Shown here piece after piece: positions 52,169-64,000 of a stretch of 64,000 nucleotides of DNA. The position numbers and the translations under genes were made by a program. The stretch is from Octopus sinensis (taxonomy: Eukaryota): the NCBI RefSeq assembly GCF_006345805.1, contig NC_042998.1, positions 118,730,001 through 118,794,000 on the forward strand. Direction: 5' to 3'. The first letter of the stretch is position 1, and every line of letters begins with the position of its first letter. The notes under the pieces are model-generated. The model did not search any database. It was not told the origin of the DNA and saw nothing but the letters and a program-made list of their open reading frames with translations.

Positions 52169-55100
52169 AAAATAGAGTTGGAAATATGGGTATATATATT
52201 TTTAAACTAATATTTTGCAGATGCAACAGAGTGACTCCAGGGGCGAATTCTCTGTGTGCTGGTGCGCGCGCGCGCACACACACACACACATTTACACACA
52301 TACATACACATGTATATTCTTGAATGATTTCCCAAAGTGTATATCTGAATATTTTTTCGGCGTGTGTGGCGGTCTGCGATCTTTCAGTTCATTGAACACT
52401 TACTATCGCCTTTGTTGTTGCAAGGATTGGCGCCCTAGTTTGGATGGTTAGCCTTACTAAGAAACACTAACGTAGATGTCAATCTGGTTTATTCATAAAC
52501 ATGAGCTCATTTTGTTATTGGTGTGTTTGTCCATCTCTTTAAAGATATTTTCCTTTTTGTAACCTTATTTGTATTGTTGACAGATTTCACAATACAAGTA
52601 TACATCAGTTTTCAAAATATAACTACAAGACTCAATCCTCTTTTTTGCGTTCAACAAATGCTACTTCTTAGCGTAACTGTGTTTGTAAAATAATTTAGCT
52701 CTAGATACGTTCTGACCGGTGTAGCTTCAGTCTCTACAAATAAGCGACGCTGAGATCTTTTCCTGCTGTGTTATCGGAAAGTAAGTCATTATTGAGTCCA
52801 TTATTCCAATTGTTCTATAACTACAAGTAATAATGTTCGTTTTAATTCCTTCATATTGATTATCTTGGCTCTTTTCCGGTGTTGTTGATAACGACGAGTC
52901 CAACTCCGTTGTTTTTGACGTAAGTCTCTGCATGAAAAATTCACGACTAAGGCGAATAATTCTATTACTGTTAATGAAGTGTTGTTTCAATGAATACGAT
53001 CATGAAATAACAATGTTGATAATTGTCGCGTTAATGTTAGAGATGGCACTTATCGCAAATTCAGTGTAAATTTTCCACAGCAATTAGTTGGCTTCTCATG
53101 TTGCATATGTGTAAGTAGACATGTATGCATGTATATATGCATGTATGTATGCATTTATATACGATATTATCTCTATTAGAATATCCCTAGAAGGAAGGAG
53201 ATTGATTCTAACAAAGAAACAAGCATTAACGGGGAATTTGTTATAACAACAATGACAAGTATTAAATGTTGAATTTTTGATGGCTTTCAAATTCTCACTG
53301 TTCCACCTACAGATTGTGTTTATATAGTTCGAGTTAAATGCCTCTTTCTCTGCCTGAAAATCCTAATCCTTAACTGTTATCGTTTAAACATGTCCATAAT
53401 CAAGTGTACAAATACCAGTTGATATAAATAGGTATTTGTAATCAGAGGACGTGAGCTGTAGGTTTTGAATCAGCTATCCATAAATATACTCACAAATTTT
53501 GAAAGAGATTCACATCTTTACGGAAGTTAACATCTACGACTATACATGATATTTTTACAGTCCGAGATAACTATACCAGCTCTGTACGATTTGCACTTGG
53601 TAGAGGATTTGTGAGGAATAACAAACTATATACTTGTGTTGATATGTAAATGATCATCAGTAGATGTGTAGTTGTATTTTTCCTACTCGTGGCATTGTAT
53701 ACTCTTTTCGTAACAACATTATGTTGTGATGGGAGGTAGTAACTAGCAGCTGCTGATATCTTCCATAGTATAGAGCCGCCATAATCAACATTTATTGTTA
53801 CATCTTGGGAGTTTAACCGTTTTATCGTCTTCTTTGCATTGCAAAAGCATCAATTTGGAGATGTGATGTGATGTAACTACCACACATATCTAAAAGAGAT
53901 AACACTTCATGTAAATTTTACGATCTTTCTCAAGTTAAGAGAAACTTACACTTACATCTCATTTTCCTTTTTCTTGTGATATGCAGAGTATTTCTCTTCA
54001 AAGTTATTACAGAGATTTGATAGTCCTGCAATTCTGGGTTCGTATGTGTGGTCATCAAGAGAGAATGCTTCTTGAGTTCACTGATAACCCACAGAATGCA
54101 ATTCATTTCGTGTTTGAGCACTTGGTTGATATCTATATTTTTGTTTAGAGGATGAAATTCCACACGGCACACAAAAGCCGTCCGCTTCATTCTTTCATGT
54201 GCTTTTTGCCTTTTTTTTTAGATAGAGACTATCAGTATAACCTGAGGTTTGCCGCTGATGCCAGGATTTTGCAAGTTTTAATATAGAGAGAGGGGATTTA
54301 TTCTATAGGCCAGTCAGGTATATATATCAAATGCTGGTATCAGTACTTGTACGGCAATGCATGATGGGATATTGCCTTATAACAGAAAAGCTCTGAATGT
54401 CATATCATTTGAGAGTGATATAATATTCTTTGATTGCTTTATCAATTATGAATGTTATAATATTTATGTATGTATCTAAGTATGAATGCAAGACTGAATG
54501 ACCAACTGATATACACAAATGGCCATACACACATATATGCATTTATTCATGCATATAACTATGCATACATACTCATATAAGCGCAGAAATGGCAGCGAAC
54601 ACTCCCCCAAGTTCCACTCAACCATTCTACAAACAAAAGGCACATTTAATAATATATTTCAAGATACACTCACTCTGCATGAAAGGCCAATCATAGTGGA
54701 ATAAAATTATGATAAAATTTCTAGACATGGACATAGCATCTGTTCTTATAACTAGTACTACATTTTTAGTGTGTCTTCATATTTAGAGTTTTATAAATTC
54801 TGCTATACCTACTGGTCAAACAACTCTATTGTAGTCCCGAATTGACTTAGGCAGAGGAAAAATGTATGAATTGAATTTGAATTTGCTGAGTGCAAAATAT
54901 AGTTCATACGGTCTATAGTCTAAATTGTGCCGTAATAGAAAAGATCAGAAAATTCAGTTAACTCTCCTACTCAGTATCGCCAGCCCCAGCAACAATTCAT
55001 AAGAATCACGCATGTTTACTGATAATGATTGAAAGTATAGGATATTCTTTCATTGATTGAAATTTGGGCTCATTCAATTCCTGGATATTGCACTGTTTTA

Positions 55101-55217
55101 ATCTAGCTGCCATATCTCTACTCCTCTAGTCCTTTAGCTGTCACATTTGACAAAGCCTATACATCAATAGCATTTGACAAGAATGGTTATATCCTTGAAT
55201 TAGACCATATATATATA

Positions 55218-55259
<42 letters not shown>

Positions 55260-56254
55260 CATACATGCACACACACGCGCGCACGCGCGCATATATATAA
55301 CTTCATCTTGATCTGTATTTATACAGATTTTTAAATTTTATATTAATAATGCAAGTGTAAGTAACACCAGGATAGTTACACATATTGATGAGCGTCATAT
55401 CGAGATATGGACGAACGTCATATCGTTCATTAACTTGACTTAGCCATGAGTGTTTTCTTTCGTATATTCTTGTTGAACTTGACAATTTAACTCATCACAA
55501 AATTGAATATACGCTATTCAGTACACCTTTCTATTCTTTCATCTTTAAATGATCGTTTCATTGCCTCTGTTCAAAATAAATTTAATGCGGCAAGATTTTT
55601 GATTCATTGAAAAATAATTCAATAAAAAGTAGACTACCCAGGATGTGGCACCAACTCTTCTTCTTTGTCCTCACCAGAATTATAGCAACTTATCACCAGA
55701 TTTTGTTCATCCTTGGGATACGCTAACCTACTTGGTAGACTCTGGTTAGAGCTCAGCGGTTTTCGGTAATAAACTGCACAGTCTCTACCCTTTCGAATGT
55801 AACATGAGTGAATGTTTAGAATAAGTTATGGTATACTTCAAAAGCAACAGATTTTGCATTAATATTCCAGTTTTCTAATTCCATTTGTAATATCATTGCA
55901 AGTGTTCATAAATGTGTATTCTAGATATCTTGTGAGCCATAGCCCTGTATGTGTGCGAATATATTTAATAAATAGATTGATCAAAAACACAAGCAACACG
56001 AACAAATGCGTATAACACATGAATACAAACATAAACCAAATACATACAGATTACGCAGTTATACACAAACATACATGCAAGCATCCTTACACTAACTCTT
56101 ACTCTGTATTTCTCTCTCCTCTCTAATAGATGTTTTCGGATGATAAAAAATATATATATCATTACTTACAGCCACCTGATTCTTTTGAGTTATAGCTGTG
56201 TATCAGATATTAATGACAGAGTTATATATGCGTGTATGTGTATATTACTATGTA

Positions 56255-56483
<229 letters not shown>

Positions 56484-57639
56484 GTATGTATTATTTTCAC
56501 CACGTTTGCATATTTTTTTTATTATTTTCATAATAGGATATTTCAAAAGTCAGGATCTGAATTTCCTACTCATTACAAAAAAAGTATGATCATGTTTTCC
56601 ATCTATTTATTCTAGCGAATAATTTTAAATGTAGCTCAAGAGAGTGTTCTGCATATTAAGAAACCATATGGTCAGATCTCACATAAAATAACGTGTTGAA
56701 AAATCATCGATTAAATGAGATTATTCATGCAGTTAGTTGTAAAAAATACGCATATTAGTATTTCAAATCTAAAAACAACATGCACAAAGATAAATCTTCA
56801 CTCAGATACTATGCCTACACCATGCTATTGATATTCATCATAATAAATACTACTCTGTTTCCATATACACTGATTACAGTATCTTACAAGTGACAAAGAA
56901 TTGGTTTAGATAAGGAAGTCTAATAACATTGGAACATGTTTATTGATGTCGTCTGGGGCTTACAAAGCCAAGCACTAGTCCCATTTGCATCATCTTTATT
57001 ATCCAAATTTCAGTCAGTTGGTTTTATAATAAAGCTCGAGTTTGCTTATTGCTTTCACATTTTAGGAAATCCTATTGGGGTTTTTAGACTACGACCGGGA
57101 TTAAAACCTTTGTTAAGCAAAGTCATTTTAATCACTATAAATTATGCGTGAGACACTAAGGCGTATTTTGGCATGCAGAAAGAAACACTGGAAGTTATTT
57201 TCCTCAGTCATATTCCTTAAATAACTATGTGCGTGTATGTATTTGTGTATGTGCGTGTGTGTGCATGTGTGCACATGTGTGCCTGTGTATTTGTATATGT
57301 ATGTGTGTGTGTGTGTATCGATGTATATAGAGATGTTAGAATAGCATCTAAATAGCCTAACGGTATGTCTTTTCTACTCCTCTGAAGAGATTTTGCTCAA
57401 AAAATGTTTTAATGATTGGAATTTAATTCTTTGGGCAAAATAGGCGCAGGCATGGCTCTGTGGTCAGAAGCTTCCTTCCCATCCACATGGTTCCGGATTT
57501 AGTCCCGCTGCATGGCATCTTGGGCCACTGTGTTGTCAACGAGAACAGTCTGGGCTGGTAATCAAACAGCAGAGTGAATCCTTGGTTGCCGCTGTTAGAA
57601 TTAACAATACAATACCCACAAACAAACGTTTAAGAAATA

Positions 57640-58530
57640 AGATGAAGAAGAAAGAGGAAACAACTGGAAAATGAAACAACTGCATGGGCAATATCTCAGA
57701 AAACTCGAAGAGGAAGACAAGATCTACGCATGGAGATGGCTAAGAAAAAGTGATTTGAAAGGATGCACTGATGCAGTGATATGTAGCGCCCAGAAACCAG
57801 ATCTGAGAACTAATTACACCAAGTTCCAAATAGATAAGAGTAGCGAATCGCCCCTTTGTAGGATGCGTAGCAGCAGACGCGAAACAATCTCACATATTGT
57901 GAGGGAGTGTAGGAAACTGGCCCAGGAGACACAATAACGTGACTAAATTCGTCCACTGGAAGCTATGTAAAAAGTACGGCCTGGACAGAGCACGGAAATG
58001 GTACGAATATGAACCGGAAGGAATCACCGAGAACAAGGAATATAAGATACAATCTAATGTGACTCCAAAATCGGAGCTCGGAGACCAGATACTGTTGTGG
58101 TAGATAAAGAAAAAAATGGAAACCTAGGTCATAGATATTGCAATACCTGGAAATGCACGCATAAGTGACAAACAACTAGAAAAGATTGAAAAGTTCAGAC
58201 TACTAAACGCTGAAATTGCAAGAATATGGACTATGAGGAGAGTATCTGTCATTCCAGTAGTTGTAGGGGTACTCGAAGCACTAACAACCGAGTTCGAGAA
58301 ATATGTCAGAGAAATCAGAATTGACATGAGAACAGAGCAAGCTCATAAAACTGCGCTGCTGGAAACAACTAGAATTTTGATATTAGTACTGGGATGGTGA
58401 ATGTCTCCGCGATAATTAACAAACAAGCATCAAAACTTATAATGTGCGGAAAGTGACCTTGTGAGATTGCAGGATGCTCTCCGCTCTCACACTACCAGAA
58501 CAAACATGGCTGAACGTTATGAGAAGTAAA
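57640..58530 (+). mobile_element. R4/Dong-like LINE 3' fragment followed by (AAT)n
   Basis: LHGQYLR..WRWLRKSDLKGCTDAVICSAQ..CRM..ETISHIVREC; RRPDTVVVDK; IDIAIPGNARISDKQLEKIEK..IPVVVG. Confidence 0.92.
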
Positions 58531-58557
58531 ACAATAATAACAATAACAGCGACGATG

Positions 58558-58602
<45 letters not shown>

Positions 58603-59239
58603 TAATAATAATAATAATAATAATGATGGTGGTCGTGGTAGTGATGATGATGATGATGGCAGCCGCTGACCTACAAGTGCATGTTAAAGAAATGAGTACC
58701 TTCATTCGAACCACACTCACTACTCACACCCGTATTCCGACAAAATTACTTGGAACCTATGCTTCCCTTTCCACCTAGAATTTTCAAGTGAAACCCTTTT
58801 CTACCATATATCTTTTGAAGATCGCTCACCTTTTATATCAGAGTAAGTAATACTCATTAAAATTTATTTCTATTTTCCAAAAGAAATTATTTATTTTAAC
58901 TGTGTATCATCTCCATCACACGCACAACATGTGTAAACATGTTCGCCACATTACGATCCAATCAACATCAGACTATTTTCGTCCCCAAACACCATGCACA
59001 AAAGAAATGAAAAATAAATTAAATACTAACGGCTTTTTTCAACCCTAAGATAACAAACGGGAAGTACGCACTTAAAACTTGTTACACAAAAATACGACAA
59101 AACTGCACGTGCAAAACCATTTAACACCAGAAATGAACGGACCGGAGCCCTACGAAAATAAAGGGCCGGACGTTATTCCTCGTGTCCCACAAATAAAATC
59201 AAAAATGCATAAATAGACATGTGGGGAATATATTACAAT

Positions 59240-60090
59240 CCTACACGCTTATTTTACTGCAGTGCTCTACCCACAGAACAGAAACACAACATATACATAT
59301 AAAATCTGGAGGTAAAATAACTTAGATAAAGATTTGGACACAGCAATGAAACCTAATAAACTAGCTAACACACAGAGATATATTCTCAAAACAAAAAAAA
59401 TATCAGAAATAGTATTCTGGTTTGAAATCAGAAACAGAAAGGTTTATCATAGCAGCCCAAGATCAATGCCTACCTGCAAGGAACTACTAGGCCAACATAT
59501 TAAAGAATAGCAGTAACCCAACATGCCGTTTATGTAAACAACAAAACGAAACCATTGATCATGTCTCCATGTGCAGTCTTCTTATGCCTGCAGAGTATCT
59601 AAGCAGGCATGATAGAGTAGCACAGTACATTCAGTGGGTAATTTGCAAAAACCTGGACCTGTCCCATAAGAAAAACTGGTAGGAACATAAACCACTTTCA
59701 GTGCTTGAAAATGATCACATCTCACTCCCTTGGAATTTCACCGATGAAACTGACAGAAAGATAGATGCAAATAGGCCAGACATTATATTGAAAGACTTCA
59801 GACAAAAATCATGCCTCCTCAGTGGTATGATTGACCCAATCGAGATAAATTTATCTGTGAAGACCTATCAAAAACTGAGCAAGTATAAAGATCTTGAAAT
59901 ACAAATTGGCAAAATGTGGAACCTCAAGACTAAAACAATACCTGTTGTCATAGATATCCTAGGAATGGTAGCAAAGGGAGCTGATTCATACCTAGCTCAG
60001 ATATCGGAAAACCCCAGAATAGCAGAAATTCAAAGGATAGTACTCATGGAAACTGCCCATGTCCTACGTAAAATACTGTCAGTGTAATCT
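59240..60090 (+). mobile_element. R4/Dong-like LINE 3' fragment (CCHC knuckle plus RLE)
   Basis: LKSETERFIIAAQDQ..CRLCKQQNETIDHV..RHDRVAQYI; ORF 59701-60087 ANRPDIILKD..KLSKYKDL..TIPVVI. Confidence 0.92.
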
Positions 60091-60296
60091 CAAATTCTAA
60101 AACAAACTTATAATTTTCTCATATTTTCTTAAATATTGTCTAGAAAAATACTATGTGCAAAACCAAATATATGTTACCCTAGGCATAATACCAACTTGGA
60201 CTTCTAGTTTGTTGTCTCTTGATGTTTCTGGGTGAGACTTGGAGTCAACTTGTACAAATACAAAGCAAAGTGAAACATATATTAATAATAATAATG

Positions 60297-60387
<91 letters not shown>

Positions 60388-60459
60388 CGATGACGATGAA
60401 GATGGTGATGATGATGATGATGATGATGACGACGACGACGATGATGATGATGATGATGA

Positions 60460-63440
60460 TGAATCGTTTCTTCACAGAAGTAGAGCTTGAAGCTATCAAA
60501 ATACGGGTCTTGAAAAATACCGGCAGAGATAATGAAAATACAGTTCTTACTAAAAAGTGTAATCTCATAGCACAGGAGAGGAGTAGTGGTAGTTTACTTG
60601 ATGAGAGACTTATAGAGGATCTAAAAGAAGACAATAAAACTAATAGCGACATGACAGATGAACAACAGGCAATCTACGACAGAATAAAGGCAAGATTACA
60701 GGAGAACGATAACATCATTTGCAACCTTAAACAGGTTGATCGGTCGAAATTGAACCAAGAAACGAAAATGTCAATGAAATTCTGAAATACATCAGAACAA
60801 ACAACATCACAGAAACAAATAATTTGATCAAGGCAGCAAGTATTTTTGTAGCAGAAAACATGGGAGCTAATGTCAAGAAAAAGAAATATAATGGGAGTGA
60901 CAAAAGAAAAAATCCATGGTGGAAAAGAAGAATCCAAGCAGGGTTAGACATGCTCTCGAAGGAAATCTCTGTGTTAGACCGAAAAGAGAAAGGGGATCTT
61001 AAAAGCGAACAAAAATACAGGGCGCTGAAAAGAAAGTGTAATATGGAAAGAAAGGGTCTGAAAGAAGTAATGGAGAAACTGAAACAGCGCCTTGTTGCAA
61101 AGAAAGCAAAGTGGGTAAGATACGATGAAAGAATGAAGGGTTACCAGCAGAATAGGTTATTCAGAGTAGATCAGAAGTGATTCTATAAAGAAAGAAATGG
61201 AGAGTTTACAAATGAAAAATTGATAACAGTTAACATTGAAATTCAAAGGTTTTGGAGTGACATCTGTAGCAAAGACAAGGAGCACAAGAAGGATGCTGAA
61301 TGGTTGCAAGATCTGAAACAAACAGTAGCCTGTCCAAAACAGGCAGAACTAAACATTTCAGTTACGGAAGTGAAGAAAATCAGCAAAAATATGAGAAACT
61401 GGAAGGTCCTGGGACCAGATAGAGTTCAAGGCTACTGGATCAAAAGATTTGGTGAATGTTATGCAAGAATAGGTGCGCAACTCAACACCTTGTGAAATGC
61501 CGACCAGTTAACACCAGAGTGGTTGACATTGGGTAGAACAGTGCTGTGCTTGATAAACATCGAAAAAGGCAATACGGTAGACAATTACAGGCCGATATCC
61601 GAGGTACCAAGGATCAACTCCTGATAAACAAAACTGTACTTAGAGACTACTGCAAGAGGAAGAAAAGTAATTTAGCCTTGTCATGGATCGACTATCGTAA
61701 GGCGTACGATAAAGGAATGTATGAACCTATTTGTTATTGCATTGAATGTTGAGCGATTGCTTGGAAAAAGTATGACAAATTGGAGGACGAACTTGACAGC
61801 ATACGGAAGAAGTTTAGGGACTGTGGAAATCAGGAGGGGCATCTTCCACTGATCTTTGTAATGTGCTTGATACCACTAACACTGGTTCTGAGGAAAGTAA
61901 AAACTGGGTATGTATTCAAAAGCCGCCAACCAACAGTCAACCATTTGTTATTCATGGATGACCTCAAACTTTATATGGTATAAATGAAGCCCAAGTCAGT
62001 TCCCCCATTGATACGGTGAATGCTTTCAGTGCTGATATCAGAATGGAGTCCGGACTGAGAAAGTGTGGAGTGTTAGTCTTGAATAGAGACAAGATCAAAT
62101 GAATGGACAGGCTATCGATATCGTCGTGGTAGGTTATATAGCAGATAGAAGAGACGGGCTATAAGTAATTGGGACTTTTGGAAATGGATAAATTGATGGA
62201 GAAAGAAATGACAGAAAAATTTAAGGTGGAGTACTTACGCAGACTGTGACTGATCGAAAAGTCGAAAAGTAACAGACAGAATAAGATTGAAGCTATCAAC
62301 ACCTGGGCGGTTTCACTCCTTAGGTATGGAGCAGGGGTAATTGCATGGACAGTAGACGAACTAAACAACTTAGACAGAAAGTTGCTAACTAGATATGTGA
62401 CACAGACAGACTGTAAGTAGCAAGAAAAAGAGGGGGAAGAGGACTTACTGGATGTGAACACAGCATTAGAGCAGAAGAAAATAACTTAGCCCGATATGTA
62501 AAAATGCCACAGAACCGCTATTATTAGAAGTAAGGTCATAGCTGTGTTGGATGAAAGATTGCAAAGATAAAGCTCTGTACAAGCAATTGAAAACGAATAA
62601 AACTGAAAATAGGTGGGTAAAGAAAAGAATGGACAATTTCATAGAGATGTTGAAGATAAGAGAGACAGAGAAAGAAGATGGGTGAGGATGAATAAAAGTG
62701 TTTTAAAACCGGAAATGGAGGCTCTAATCTCTGCTGCCTAAGAGCAAGCATCAAGAACAAACTACATAAAATACAGAATAGACGACATATCAGAAAGTTG
62801 TAAGTGCAGAATCTGTGGACAAAATAGTGAAACCGTATAGTATATTACCACCTAACGTACGCCACTAGCCCAGAAGGAATATAAGAGACGCTACGACAAT
62901 ATAGCCAGGTTGGAGCATTGGACACTTTGCAACAAGTATGGACTTGACAGAGTAAAAAATTGGTACGACCACAAACCCGCAGGAATCTTCGAAAATAATA
63001 ATGCAAAATCCTGTAGGATTTATTGATTCAGTGAGAAAATGAGATAGAGAATAGGAAGTCTTCATTGTGAAAGAAAGCAAACTATGCTGGATCATAGATA
63101 TAGCATGCCCCGCTGACAACAAGGTATCCGATAAAGTAGAAAGAAATGTCGAGAGATATGACTGATTAGGTTGGGAGGTTAAGCAGTTGTGGTCGATGAA
63201 AAAGGTGGTAGTGGTACCAATAAGTGTCGGAACCCAGGGAACAGTTAATAAAAAATCTCGAGAAGTACATGGAATAAATAGGGTCTGCAATAAGGGTGGA
63301 ACACTTGCAAAAAACAGCACTGCTTGGAACCGCTCGAATACTCTGCAAGGTACTCGAAAAATAAGAGGTGTTACCTTAGATCACTGGTAGTGAACAGCTG
63401 ACACTGTAGTACATCTCCAGCGTTAGAAGCTGTCAAAGGC
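60460..63440 (+). mobile_element. Near full-length decayed R4/Dong-like LINE (N-terminal region, RT, CCHC, RLE) between (AAT)n/(GAT)n and (AAT)n
   Basis: NNLIKAAS..NPWWKRRI; NWKVLGPDRVQGYWIK; WIDYRKAYD; VNHLLFMDDLKLY; CRICGQNSETV; IIDIACPAD. Many stops and frameshifts. Confidence 0.93.
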
Positions 63441-63456
63441 AATAATAATAATAATG

Positions 63457-64000
<544 letters not shown>

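Noticed and set aside
55638-55773. Possible minus-strand exon (YYRKPLSSNQSLPSRLAYPKDEQ..ELVPHPG)
   Set aside because: No polypyrimidine tract, weak donor and no recognisable homology.
57375-57415. CTGAAGA-GATTTTGCTC-AAAAAATGTT
   Set aside because: GAAA and stems are degraded; cannot be distinguished from chance.

Overview
AT-rich, microsatellite-dense eukaryotic genomic DNA with no intact protein-coding gene that I can support. The SINE repertoire resembles Octopus/cephalopod repeats as I remember them; I ran no search. The window is a mosaic of decayed mobile elements: three mariner copies, a Tc1-like deletion derivative, a Helitron-like non-autonomous element, a CR1-like LINE, six R4/Dong-like (RLE-endonuclease) LINE pieces associated with (AAT)n, three clear Penelope-like elements (PLEs, GIY-YIG), and many tRNA-type SINEs. 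The main signal not shown by the ORF track is a set of about 15 hammerhead-ribozyme (HHR) motifs from about 7 sequence families, folded by hand. They include one full canonical type I HHR (13287-13330), minimal palindromic HHRs with non-canonical cores, an HHR in the inverted arms of foldback elements flanked by TA dinucleotides or (TA)n, and a tRNA-headed SINE that ends in an HHR. My inference is a (TA)n-targeting PLE system with several non-autonomous, ribozyme-carrying passengers that generate inverted structures. Ribozyme activity is untested.
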